Shown: positions 25,560-38,814, counted from the first letter of the stretch. The stretch is 64,000 nt of DNA from Octopus vulgaris (GCA_951406725.2 OX597816.1:76508001-76572000); one strand, 5' to 3'. The notes: generated from the sequence alone by a model not told the origin. A program made the numbers and translations.

Positions 25560-26700
25560 TTTTTCTGATGGCTCTCTCACACATGCTCTCAGCCATACAG
25601 TGAGCCACTCTCACCAGTTATGTCAATGATACTAAAGTATCTCAGGAGGCCAAAGACCCTGATAATATTCTAAGACTGCAAACATACCTGAATATAATAT
25701 ACAAATGGCCTGATGAAAACAACATGCAATTCAATTCTGAGAAGTTTCAATTACTCCACTCTCGGTCCACAAACGGACTACAATCGGACTACACAGAGTC
25801 AGAGTTAGTGTGTGACCTGGGAATCCACATGAGCAACATTCTATGGGCCATATTACCAAGTTGGCACCACACTGCAAGCGAATAGCTGAATGGATTCTGA
25901 TATCATTCAGAACCAGGTAAAAAGGATACCATGCTACTCCTATGGAGAACTATCATTCTCATTAGTCTGAATCACTGCTCCCAATTGTGTTTACTGCAGA
26001 GTGTCAAGCTGGTGGCGGAGCAAGGAGCAATCCAGCGCCACTACACAAAGAAGCGGTGAAGCGGATGAGTTACTAAAGCTCTACTGAAGCTCTACTCTCT
26101 AAAGAGTAGGTACGAAAGTTCTCAATTTTGGATCTGAAAGTTATACAAACCACCGAACGAGACAGCACTGCCTAGTACCAAAGATCCCGTCTTCTTCATA
26201 TGGACAGTGGTTCCCAACATGTGGTCCACGGAACCTTGGTGGTCTACAAAGGTAGTACTGGGTCCCTGAACTAAATCCAAAATTTCATATACACTCAAAC
26301 ACACATACACACACAAACATACACACATATATGGACAAGCATATTTAAAAGGGTCTGTGGGGTGGGGAAACTCATTTAAACAAAAAAGGGTCTTGGTAGT
26401 GAAGAGGTTGGGAACCACTAGCCTAGAATAAGGACCCAGTACTGTAAAAAGTTTTGTTTCAGGGTCCACAACTATTCAGCATTGTACCAAACTTCCTCAG
26501 AGATTAGTGAGGTGTAGATGTAGAGGACGCCAGGAATTTGAAATACTAGATGAACCCGCAACGTGACGGGATGCATAAAGAAGAGCAGCTCCGCCCAGCT
26601 TGCTACTTTACTAGAAACAGTACAGAAAAGAAGATTCAATCACATTGAAAGACGGTACTCCAGCATAGTCACAGACTCTGATTGGAACCAATAAAAGACA
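25560..26700 (+). mobile_element. Degenerate CR1/L2-group LINE (second family) with 3' tail
   Basis: YVNDTKVSQ (FADDTK-like), DLGIHMS, WILISFRTR, LKLYSL..R and GPQLFS remnants. Tail gacggtactccagcat..aataaaagac. Confidence 0.72.
26205..26420. mobile_element. hAT(Charlie)-type MITE inserted in the LINE
   Basis: TIRs cagtggttcccaac (26205-26218) and gttgggaaccacta (26407-26420); no clean TSD. Confidence 0.75.
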
Positions 26701-26829
26701 ATTCTTTAGTACAAGTGTTTATAAATACTCTAATTAGAGATTAATCCTCAAATCACTAAATAGATATTGTTGTAGTAGAAATAGTACTCCCTTTCCCACG
26801 TGGCAAAGTGGTATGAGTAGCACTATAAA

Positions 26830-28475
26830 GTCAGAGAGTCAGTTGTTGTAGGGAGTCAGCAGTAGTATAGAAAAGTTTGGTGAGTTGTATTATTTGCTTA
26901 CGTTATATTGTTGTTTAATTGTTGTAGGGTTCCTTGAACACTTTTGTCAACTGCCTTGAAGCAGCTAGAATGATGCTGTATGACGATCACGGCTATTTGA
27001 GGCTGTCTTCTTCGGAGGAGGAGCAGGTGAATGCAATTAAGAAGATAAACGAAAAAATAGACAAAACGAAGAGCTACTCAAGTGCCACAGAATCAGGACA
27101 TAAAGAAGTCGAACTATTGAACTTACAGAATTACGGAAAACTGCTGCATAGAGTGGGTGGTGATGTAAAACTTTCACCACCCCAAGAAATTTTAGGAGGA
27201 ATACAAGAGAAGACTATCATCTACAAGGTCTATTCCATACAGGAAAAGAAGGCAGAAGTAATGGCAATAGAAAAAATAGAAAAAAGCAGTGAGACTTATC
27301 TGGCAAGATATCACATATCTTGCCAGGGGAAACAGATATGGCACGGTGGAGATTCGCCTCAGAGAGGCAACCAAGGCAAAGCAAATTTTGGCGACCCCGT
27401 TGAAAACAGAAAGTGTGGTGCTTCTACCCACGTACCTTAGAAGGAGGGCTACCAGGGTGAGGGTAGAAGGAAATCCACCTGAAATTGAAGTGGCCTGGGT
27501 AGTGATGGCTATTCTCCTTGGCAATGAGAACGAAATAGCAGTCTTCTAGGCCACTAAGACAGAAGCAATGAAGTTGTAGGGACAGATGTTGGAGTTAATA
27601 TCCAAGCATCGACGGAGAACCTAGAAAAAATGCTAGAGACGAAAGCGGTCGGAGATGCGGTATTGAGAGTCAGGGTGGAGGACAGAATCCCGCGATGCTT
27701 CAAATGTGGCCTAAAGGGCCACATTAGAGCGGACTGACCTTCACCAACAGAGAACAACCAAGACAGAGAATAGGAAGTAACAGCAGAGAAGGCTGTACCA
27801 ACAGAGGAGGCGAAAGAAGTTGACGTATCATAGAAAATTCTAGAGAATGGAAGAAAAAGAAAGAAAGCGAATCAAATAGAGGTAAAACCCAAACCCACCC
27901 CACCCACACCTTCTCAACCTCATCCCCGCTGCTGACACCAGAACCACCCATTCCCCTCCAACACAAAAGCAAAAAAAGAAAAACGTTGATACACAGGAAC
28001 CCCCAAATTCACCTTCCCCCAGCCAAGGAAGAAAGTTGTGTTGCGTGTATGTTGATCGAAGGTGCAAGCAGTGTGTATGAAAGGCGCTGTGTTGGTTGAT
28101 TTTAAGGGAGATGTGAACAGTAATTGGTGGCACTTGTGCGTGTTAATGACAGAACAAACAAAAGGAAAGACTGGAAAATATAATGGTGGATTTATGACGT
28201 GGAAGGTGAACATAAAAATAAGCAATTTGCCGGAGGCAATATTATACACGAATGTCATTAAAAAGTGCAAAACAGACGTTCTAAAAGGAACAGTGTTCAA
28301 AGTAGAAGGAAGTAAGTGAAGTTGGAATGCGGAGTGTAACTTTGTTTTCATTTTTCGTTGTCATTGTCGTTATGTTTTATCATACGCGTAATCTTTCTCT
28401 GTTGTTTTCTATCCCCACATGTCCTTGTATTGTCCTCTCTATGTTTGCCCCTTGAGAGAAATAAAAGATATCAGG
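26830..28475 (+). mobile_element. Tx1/L1-type ORF1 (zinc-knuckle) element lacking ORF2
   Basis: IWQDITYLARGNRYGTVEIR..RVRVEG.P and PRCFKCGLKGHIRA are homologous to ORF1 at 42980-43410. Ends in a T-rich 3' UTR with AATAAA at about 28460. Confidence 0.7.
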
Positions 28476-29449
28476 TCAGTAGTAGTAGAGTCGTTGTACG
28501 AATTCTCAGCTGGAGTCAGTGTCAGTTACATGTTATATATGAGTTCGAGTTACCGTCAAGGTAAACGTTTTAAAGTCCTTGTCTTGCGGGGCTATCAGCA
28601 ACTGCACGATAGACCAGTCAAAGATAATAGGACGTGGAATGCCACAACATAATAGTGACGACAAGAATATTACAGTACCGACAACAATATGCAAGTGGAC
28701 GATGATCCACATTATAACAGACATGCAAGAAAAACACATTGTTAAGGAAATCTTAGTTTATAGATATGCTACTTCATAAAGAGCAGGTGATTTGTTGAAA
28801 ATAGCAACTAAATAGACAAAAGCATGTTGGTGGGTCTATGAAAGCTACAACGTTTTAAAGTTTTATTTTCATTACAAATCCGTATTAATTGGATAAAGAT
28901 TCTTATAATTTAAAATGTTTTCCTCTGAAATGAGTAGTTGAGTAGGTATATATTTTATTAGCATCCGGGTCAAAAACACATGATAGCAATGTCGTTAAAT
29001 TTTCGGCTCAAGTTTCTTTTGTGTGTTGACGCCGAAGGAAAAGCTGTTTTGCGACAGAATACAACCTGAAAAAACGTTGAATTATCTGCCTGTTCCAGTA
29101 TCTAGAAGGGAATTTTTGAAATTACTACCGACACAGCGGCAAAAGGAGAAGAGACGAGAGGAACGGTAGGGGAGAATATACAACCTTCGAATTCTGTACC
29201 GGTGAAGAAATTGTATGAGCTGGTGGTTTGGCATTTTGTCTAGGAATGATTCCGTAATGGCCAACTTAAGATATAAGATGTTTCAGTATACGTGTAGCAG
29301 TATCAAAATACCTGACATGTAAACAGAAATTTAATGTGTGTCGCTCTTCAGTTTTACTGGCAGCCACAAAATAAATAGAGCAGCTGAAAACCTTCAAAAA
29401 TATGAAGCCGTGTGTTTGGAATACAAATTTGACAATGTCATACAATTAA

Positions 29450-29660
29450 AGTGCGGCGGACTGGCCGACTCGCCGAAGAAAATGCGTAGCAGCATTTCTT
29501 CCAACAATATATATTCTGAGTTCAAAGCCGTCGAAGTCGACTTTGCTTTTCATTCTTTGGGGGTCGATAAATCAAGCACCAGCTGAAATATGTTGTTGAT
29601 ATAATCAGCTTACACCACTCCCATGAAATTGCTGGCTTTGTGCCAAAATTTGAAACCAAT
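29450..29660 (+). mobile_element. tRNA-derived SINE, second family
   Basis: ctgagttcaaa B-box-like, gtcgactttgcttttcattctttgggggtcgataaa, gtgccaaaatttgaaacc. Confidence 0.72.
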
Positions 29661-30335
29661 ATTACGCATGTAAGGTTGCAATGAAAGACTTTCTTAATTT
29701 TATATATTATATCTGCTGGTCTTTGGATTTCGTGTTGTGTCTTGTTTGTGTGTACAGTTATGTTCAAGTTATGTATAACACTCCTATATTTGTACTTTTG
29801 AAAAACAAAATTATAATGTTCTTATTGGAACAAGATTTTCCAAACATTCAAATACACAGTGTTTTGGCTGGATGTACATGACATCTTGTTTTAGAACATG
29901 TTAATTAATATTTGTGAGGTAGTCACATTCACCTCAACTTTAAAAAGATGTGTTTTCTAAAGTTTAAATTGAAATAGATTCTTCTATAACATGGTCATTT
30001 AGTAACTATTTCTATTGTCTAGCACATATAAGTTGACTTATTATCTTTATCCGACACTGTTTCTGTGATATCTTTTGTTCATACTATTATCGTATGGCAA
30101 ACAATTAACAAATCAAATACATCTTTAATTTGATGCACTGAAAAATAGTTTTCACATGAACTTGATATCAATAACTTTATCTCTGTATGCGGTACATAAT
30201 GTAATATTCTGTGCCTAATTAAATATTTATTCCTTCCAATTACAAGCTTATAATTGGCGTAGTGATAGAAATATGTTAATTAATCCTTGTCATATGTAAG
30301 TCATTGTTTATTTGTTTTTTTTTCTATTTTTACAG

Positions 30336-30452
30336 AATCTTATGTTTGCCCAGTACATCGTACAAAATGCAAGAACTATCTATGTGTACCAAGCACAGCC
30401 ATGTGCAACTTCATTGATGACTGCGGAGATAACTCGGACGAGGAAAACTGCA
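30336..30452 (+). CDS. GRL101: GRL101-like receptor, exon C (LDLa module 3)
   Basis: Long T tract and tacAG acceptor, A|GTAAGT donor; 117 nt, phase 1-1. Encodes [39 protein letters not shown] with canonical DCGDNSDE. Confidence 0.9.
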
Positions 30453-31207
30453 GTAAGTATGAACCAGGTTATTTAGCCACTGAATTCGTTATTTTTTTTT
30501 CGAGCACAGTAGAACACAACCGACAATTCGGTTTCCATTTTATACGTGTACCTATTTCACACTGATAGCCATCTGAACACTTAAGATAAGCTTGAATTAA
30601 AGTTACTTGATAGCGGGCATATTAATTTTAAAGTGTCTAAACTATTGAATGCATGTTTTATTTTAAATATTACACAAAGGAATGTTGCTGAGATATTAAT
30701 TACCACGCTTGTCTAATTTGCCTCCAATTTTATTTCTTTCTGATACATTTCCTTACATACACGAATCAGTAATAAAGACGCTAATACTTAAGATATGGTA
30801 CGATTTATGGATTTAGTAATAAATTAGGCAATTAAAGTGGAAGATGAAATGATTGATATAGTCGACATCAGGTTAAGTACGCTGATTATATTTCTCCCTG
30901 ACTGGTTCTGGAGTGCACTTAATGAACTATACGTTTCTATAAATAATATACGTAGGTAACCAATGATAATTACTAATTACCCGAGCAGAAATGTTATGGA
31001 AAGTACAGAGGCACCGAGATACTTTACGATATTCGAATATTGGTACTGCACAAAGAAATACTTTGACTTTCACTATGGAAAACATGAAATGAAAAATAGC
31101 AATTTATGAAGTCAAAGGTTATTCTCCTTCACTTTAAACAAGTAGCTATATGAAATAAATAAATAAATGTCTATATATGATACGAATCTACTTCTTTCTT
31201 CTTTCAG

Positions 31208-31324
31208 AGTATCGGTCTTGTTATCTTGCCGAATTTCGCTGCAATAATTCCGAGTGTATTCCTGAATCCCTCTTATGTGATGGCATACAAGACTGTGTCG
31301 ATGGCAGTGATGAAACAGAATGTG
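31208..31324 (+). CDS. GRL101: GRL101-like receptor, exon D (LDLa module 4)
   Basis: ctttcttctttcAG acceptor, G|GTAAGA donor; 117 nt, phase 1-1. Encodes [39 protein letters not shown] with canonical DCxDGSDE. Confidence 0.9.
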
Positions 31325-31669
31325 GTAAGAGATGTACAGAATTTGTCATGGACATATGAACATGCATGAGTGTGTGCTTAAAAGATTTCGTTTCGCAACT
31401 ATAGGACCCTTGCTTGATTCCTTTGCCCAGCTCTATAGAAGATTGAAAATTTCTTCAACAAAAATTGACCAACACTTTGTAAGCTTAGTTTGGGTGACAG
31501 ACACTGAACAGAAGATCAGTTTTATAATATATATATATATATATAATGTGTGTGCGTCTGTATCAGTTTATTGGGATCACGTAGAGTGGGGAATAGCTTT
31601 TTAGCGCCGAGCATACAACTGGTTAATGTAAAGCATTCAAAGGAATATTAATCAATTAATGAATATTAG

Positions 31670-31865
31670 TTTCACATTTTGGTACAAGGTCAGCAGGTTC
31701 GATTGCATCGACGCTAGTGCTTGACTGATACTTATTTTATCGACCTTCAAAAGAATGAAAGGCTAAGTTAACCTCGGCGGAATTTGAAATCAGTATATGA
31801 AGACGGAAGAAAAACTGCTAAGCATTTCGCCCGGCATGCTAACAATTATGCAAGCTCGCCCCCTT
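31670..31865 (-). mobile_element. tRNA-derived SINE, second family
   Basis: tacttattttatcgacc..acctcggcggaatttgaa..gctaagcatttcgcccggcatgctaac. Confidence 0.75.
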
Positions 31866-32117
31866 CGTCGATTTATAAATATGGATACATAAAATTTATT
31901 TTATCTAACTACAGCATTTTCGAAAACTTTTCACAAGATGAGCGATACGGAAATCCAATTTCAGTAGTATGCAGTAATTGAACATATAAAATAACAAAAG
32001 ACAACAAGCACATTTCAGTGCAACCTATATTACTGCAATAAGATATCCCTCAATCATATTTATATTATTACACCATAGTATAAACACATCTCCCTCCACA
32101 TCAGAAACACGACAGCC

Positions 32118-32529
32118 AGGTGTGCGTTGGCTGTGTGGTAAATAGCTTGTTTACCAACCACATGGTTCCGGGTTCAGTCCCACTGCGTGGCACCTTAGGC
32201 AAGTGTCTTCTACTATAGCCTCGGGCCGACCAAAGCCTTGTGAGTGGATTTGGTAGACGGAAACTGAAAGAAGCCCGTCGTATATATGTATATATATGTG
32301 TGTGTGTGTGTTTGTGTGTCGGTTTTTGTCCCCCTAGCATTGCTTGACAACCGATGGTGGTGTGTTTATGTCCCCGTAACTTAGCGGTTCGGCAAAAGGA
32401 GACCGATAGAATAAGTACTGGGCTTACAAAAGAATAAGTCCCGGGGTCGAGTTGCTCGATTAAAGGCGGTGCTCCAGCATGGCCGTAGTCAAATGCCGAC
32501 TGAAACAAATAAAAGAGTAAAGAGTAAGA

Positions 32530-32530
<1 letters not shown>
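32118..32530 (+). mobile_element. Full-length tRNA-derived SINE (first family)
   Basis: A-box tggctgtgtgg, B-box ggttcagtccc, ggcaagtgtcttctactatagcc core, internal (TG)n, tail ggcggtgctccagcatggcc..gaaacaaataaaagagtaaagagtaagag. Decayed copies at about 2570, 12520, 20320, 38590 and 45000. Confidence 0.88.
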
Positions 32531-32571
<41 letters not shown>

Positions 32572-32615
32572 CATATATACATATATATATATACATACAT
32601 ACATACACACACACA

Positions 32616-32689
<74 letters not shown>

Positions 32690-33093
32690 GCATGTATTTG
32701 AATTTTTGTTGTTGTATATAACATTTAAACACAAGACATTTTTATTCTGATGTTTAATCTTATGTCTCACATTCTTTATTTGACATATACTTGATCTTAT
32801 ATCATTGATATATATATATTTACTAATTCATATTTATAATGTATAATTTATAAATTTTAATTCTTTATATTACAAAGTATAATTTTTATTCTTGCCTTTG
32901 AATTTGTAATTTTTTATCTTTAATGCATATTTGTATTACTTATTTTTAAAGGGATGTAAAATTAGATATAATATATTTTGAAATAGAACCTGAAGATGTA
33001 TTGGAATAATTGTAAATCTGACGATTGCATATATGTATTTATATATGTATATATATATAGGTATACAGTTGTGCATATGTATATATACACACG

Positions 33094-33156
<63 letters not shown>

Positions 33157-33160
<4 letters not shown>

Positions 33161-33333
33161 TCATTAAATATGAAGGAAGTACACGTATTTCAGTATTTGA
33201 AGATTACAATATATATATATATATATATCATCATCATCAGCGGACGTTAAACGATGATGATGATGATGTATATATATATATTGTAATCTTCAAATACTGA
33301 AACACGTGTACTTCCTTCATATTTAATGAATAT
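33157..33333. repeat. Near-perfect inverted repeat (about 75-80 bp arms)
   Basis: atattcattaaatatgaaggaagtacacgtatttcagtatttgaagattacaat vs attgtaatcttcaaatactgaaacacgtgtacttccttcatatttaatgaatat: one mismatch. Extended by (TA)n and (CAT)n/(ATG)n. Confidence 0.95.
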
Positions 33334-33987
33334 AAGTATTAACTACAGTATGATATAGTTAATGAAGTATATTATATACCCAGCTGGTAATTTTAGTTAT
33401 ATCCGTTGTGCAAACTGGTACCATGAGTCTATTGTCAGATATACTCATTAGGTTATTTTGGTATTATCTGAAATAGAATACCTGCATATCGATTAATTCC
33501 CCGAAAATTGAATATTTTATCGGAAATACTTTGTATATTTATAGATAAATATATAAATATACGATAAATTAGACCCCAAAGTACGATATGTAAATGCATA
33601 TAACGCTGAAGGGTTGCACCTGATTGATTTGGAAGTTTGTTTTCCCAAATCTTATATATATATGACAATAATTAAAGGTTTAGCAACAAGTTGCTTCACC
33701 ACATACCGAAAAATTAGAAATAGCAGCCAAAAGACCGCTATTTCGTTTTCCTACAAAATATGTCTCCACAGATAACATTATTTTTAACTCACATAGGTAA
33801 TAAGAAGAAAAATAATGAAATCAAACAGTCTTCGATTAATTATGGATCCGTTTCTGGATTAGAATTATAAAAATTCATTTGTTAACATAATATTTCGAGA
33901 ATTATAAATTTGAAAATGCATTTCTGATCAAGCACCATCAGAACATGACACAAGGTAGTCAGCATATCCACTCGTCTATATAAGTCT

Positions 33988-34041
<54 letters not shown>

Positions 34042-34258
34042 ATATATATATATATATGTATGTATATATATATGTATGTATATATATATATATGTATGTA
34101 TATATATATATATATGTATGTATATATATATATGTATGTATATATATATATGTATGTATATATATATATATATATGTATGTATATATATATATGTATGTA
34201 TATATATATGTATGTATATATATATATATGTATGTATATATATATATATATATGTATG

Positions 34259-34289
<31 letters not shown>

Positions 34290-34298
34290 GTGTATATA

Positions 34299-34344
<46 letters not shown>

Positions 34345-34345
<1 letters not shown>

Positions 34346-34685
34346 TAGCAGTATAGCCCGGCTTTGCTCGGGATTAAGTTAGGATTATTAAGATAATCAA
34401 GCTTTTTATTTCAAAGCAAACTAAGTAACATCGACGTCAAATTTAAATGAAATCCATTGAAATTGGTAAACTTTTGGCTACAATTTTGCAGACAATTTGA
34501 TTGGGAAATCTCAAGGGGAATCGGTTTCTCGATTTTTTCCACTCATCGATTGTTTTTTTCTTTTTTTTTCATGTAACCCCACTTCGCCCATGGGTTGAGA
34601 AACCTTCCAGCAAAGAAAATAGAACGCCCAAAAGGGGCCCCCGATCCATTCTGTGAGAAGCGGTTATGTTCAGATCACAACTAAG

Positions 34686-34770
<85 letters not shown>

Positions 34771-35669
34771 GGGAAAAAACACACACACATATATACGTAC
34801 ATACACCTATTGCATACATGTCTTTGCACTCCTTTGCGCCTACCACTGTCCCACCACCACCTCCTACCCGAGTAATACCATCGATTGAAGCAAATTTGGC
34901 ACCCGGAAGTAAGTTTTGTAACAGGAACAGAGAAGCTTACCTTCTCCCGCAGAGATGTGAAAGTCATATCTTTCCTTTCGAAAACATGAACAGTTTCAAA
35001 ACATTGTCTACAAAATAATTGCTGATCGTTTGCGAAGGAGCGTGTCTACAGTCAACACGTAGGTCTTTTGCTCTGGTAACATCTGCTCTCTCCCATGTTC
35101 ACGCACGACCAGCTATATATTGTTATCAGTAGAGCAACGGATTCAGCTAATTTGGAAATTAGTCGTGGAGAAACGGAGAATATCGATTATGTTGCCCGTA
35201 TATATATACGGGTAACACACACACACACACACACACACATATTGCATGCATGTGTATTTTACGCATACATGCTCGTGTGTGTGTATGTGTGACTGAAGCC
35301 ATTCACACAAACACACATACATACATAACAACACCTGTCTCTGTTATTGCCAGTAAAATGACGAAATTTTAAAAATCGGGTATCTCTTTCTCTCTCGCTC
35401 GCTCTCTCTCTCCCTCGCTTTACACCGTCGCTAGGAGGAGACTTAACTCATGTTTGCTTTGTAAATAATGGTAGGTTTCGCCGCCGTAAAAATTTAGAAA
35501 TTATAGCTCAAAAATATTACCGCTATTCGCGGGTGCCTCAGGAGAAAATATTTGACGAAAATATAGCTAGGTTCGTGACGAATGTCCTCCTAAAATTTGA
35601 GCGACATGCGTGCTAATTTGTGGATGTGCCAAAACTACAATTACGTACACATACACACACATCCTGCCT

Positions 35670-35680
<11 letters not shown>
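34345..35680. mobile_element. Helitron-derived element with helicase remnant
   Basis: aCTAG plus hairpin cccggctttgctcggg at the left end. MFTHDQLYIVISRA (35095-) resembles Helitron motif FSHGQLYVAxSR. Lep1-like right end. Confidence 0.68.
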
Positions 35681-35737
<57 letters not shown>

Positions 35738-35851
35738 TATATGCTTGTGTAAATTTGAGTGAATGGATGCATGTGTACAGACACAACACACAAACATACA
35801 AACATACACATATATACCGCTTCGTCTTGTTTTTTTGTCAATTTTCTCTAT

Positions 35852-35912
<61 letters not shown>

Positions 35913-36489
35913 TATGTGTGTGTGTGTGTGTTTATGTTGGTACAGGACGTCATGAAAAAACGTGTACAACAAAGTACGAAGCAAGAGTACATGGAACATG
36001 AATTATTCTTTCGAACAACGAAAGACATAAATGGAAAACAAAACAAACGACATAAAGAAAGACCCTTCTTCAGTTGTTGGTAGTTTTTCGACACTCGTAT
36101 TTCGAGCATTTAACAACAATATGCGCTTTCGATAAAACAGTTGCTCCCGCAAAGCAAATTAAGTAAAATTTGTGATTTTGAGGTAAGTCAAAATAGGTAA
36201 CGCAAACAGGGCAGTAAAACCCAGCAGGAAGGGCTGCTCAGCCTAAACAAGGTTGTGGTGGCGAACCCGTAAATCAAGCTAGGACAGGAGACAAACAAGA
36301 ATACTTCGTCCTTGTTTCAGCTACAACGGAAAGAAAGAAAGAATAAAAGAAAGAAAGAAAGGGGATCGATGGTCACGTGGAAGCCACGTGAGAAAGTGAG
36401 GAGGAGTGAGGGAGAGAGAGTGACAGGTTAATTAGGATAGAATAGTGGGTGTAGAGGAAGTAAAATAACAGACAAAAACGAAAGAGTAA

Positions 36490-36960
36490 AAACATCGTAG
36501 TGAGCACTGCATCGACAACAGATTGCATTCCCAGAATAGAGAATGATACCTTATAGTGAGCACATTGAGAAATGCGCAAAGCAACTACTACCACAATTTT
36601 TAATCTTTCCATTTTACCAATGTGCTATCGGATCATCAACACAAATTAGACTAAACAAGGAAACATTCTTCATTGAAAAGTACAAGCCCAGACTTAACCA
36701 TGCCAACATACTGATATGTAAGGGAAAGGAAAAAAAAATTTAAGCGATTATCTCCCTTACACCGGAAGAAATTACTCATTACCTCCCCTTATTTAGAACT
36801 CTTTTAAACATAAACATAACGATAACTCTATTCAACATAAACATAACGTCGTAAGAAATTTGAAAAGCTAAACGCGAAACCGGTCTTTCTTCTAAACTAT
36901 GTCATTGTAAGGAAAAACATTTTTTAATATTCTTCAGACCTATTGACGCAAATATATATA
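36490..36960 (+). mobile_element. Penelope-like element 3' end (GIY-YIG C-terminus and pLTR)
   Basis: LHRQQI..RMIPYSEHIEKC..FLIFPFY..RLNKETFFIEKYKPRLN, followed by a hammerhead-like motif. Confidence 0.78.
36853..36891 (+). ncRNA. Minimal hammerhead-ribozyme-like motif, U3-A8 variant
   Basis: aagaaa-u-UUGAAAA-GC(UAAAC)GC-GAAA-CCGGU-C-uuucuu. 6-bp helix I, palindromic ACCGGU helix III, GUC site. Confidence 0.58.
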
Positions 36961-37007
36961 TTTTTTAACCTTTAAGCCTTCTGTAGTTTTTTTCACTTTT
37001 TACTATT

Positions 37008-37048
<41 letters not shown>

Positions 37049-37103
37049 TACATACATATGTGTATATATGTTTGTATGTATATATATGTATATACACATA
37101 TAC

Positions 37104-37139
<36 letters not shown>

Positions 37140-37174
37140 TTATATACACATACACATATACGAATATATATACC

Positions 37175-37233
<59 letters not shown>

Positions 37234-37746
37234 CATATATATGCATGTGTGTATGTAGAGAGACAGGGAGAAAGAGACAAGCATACGTACATACGTTTAT
37301 ACCTCTTAATTTATTATAGCTTGTCACTCTATTACAGCTTAGCATCATTATAAAAGTGAGCATAAGTTGAATTCCTTATTACTTCTCTCAAAATGCATTT
37401 AACTTTTCTGGCAGCAAAACTACTTACCAAGCATCATCTTCCACGGAATATACGATTTTCGAAGTAGGCATATTATAATTTGAAAGAAAGATAGTTTCTA
37501 AGAAATATTGGTGAAAAGGCATTTTTGACTTAAAAAAGATATATTTAAATGAATTTGGTTATTGTTAATTCTAATTACGTATTTACCCTTTTCATCTGCT
37601 ATCTCCCAAAGTTAATGCGACGTTTCACAGTTTAGTGGAAATTATTGAAATTACTTCTGAGTTTTGCAGTTGCATTTTACTACATCTTTCTCACCTTCAG
37701 ATTTTGTGTTTTTCACTCACTTTATTTCCTCCTCCTCTTTCGCTTT

Positions 37747-37796
<50 letters not shown>

Positions 37797-37914
37797 TATA
37801 TGTATGTGTGCGCGGTTGTTTCTGTGTATGTGAATGTGGGTATGTGTATGTCTGTGCGTGTGTACATGCTTGTGTGTATTAAGGTATACACAGACAAACA
37901 TCCACGTTCTCCAT

Positions 37915-38001
<87 letters not shown>

Positions 38002-38695
38002 ACATGCGGTACTCGGTGCACCTATACAGGTAATGTTGATTTAATAGCGGGAGTGAGCTTATATGTACTCAAACATTTGATCACTATACACAAATCATCT
38101 GGGTGTGGTTGTTCGGCAAGAAATTCTTTTCTTTATTAGCCACTAAAGGCCTGATATAGAGGGACGATAGAAGACATACGGGTGGGGGTCATACAGACAT
38201 GCATGTACAGATTTCGAACAATGGCGAAAGCTAAAAATGGCAGGTGTAAACATATAAACTGTAGTGCACAAAAGGGGCAGTATTTTGAGTTGGCCGTGGA
38301 GTAGAATTTGGGTGGATCGATTTTATAATCGGTGGCACTGTTCTTAGGTGGGAATCTGAATAAATCTCACCGTTTAACACCTGGTCCTTGGGTACCTGTA
38401 ACAGAGACCACTTTGTTTCCAGAATTCACGCCAAGTCTCTCGCCTGAGAATAACTTCTAGTCTTTCTTCCTACCAGTCTCAAAGGCACCAATAATGGTCA
38501 TGGATGTTACCTTTGTATTCAATTAGGCCAACAAAATCATTGTCAAACTTACACAAAGAATCTTTACAGTAGATTATGTCTAAAAACTTTCTCTAAAATC
38601 CTTGTGTGACACCTTAGGCCAGTGTCTTCTACTATAGCCTCATACCTTGTGGGTGGATTTGGTAGACAGACACTAAAAGCGCATCATGTTTAATT

Positions 38696-38746
<51 letters not shown>

Positions 38747-38814
38747 GGGGGACGAGCAATAAGAAAATGGAGGAGATCAATAGGTGGTATTCATCAGCTT
38801 TTAGACATATTATG

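Noticed and set aside
26824-26860. TATA box plus initiator for the ORF1-only element
   Set aside because: TATAAAG to TCAGTT spacing is too short, and such motifs are common in AT-rich DNA.
35990-36165. Additional hammerhead (minus-strand CTGAAGAAG...CGAAAG)
   Set aside because: Could not build helices I-III or an NUH site with correct spacing.
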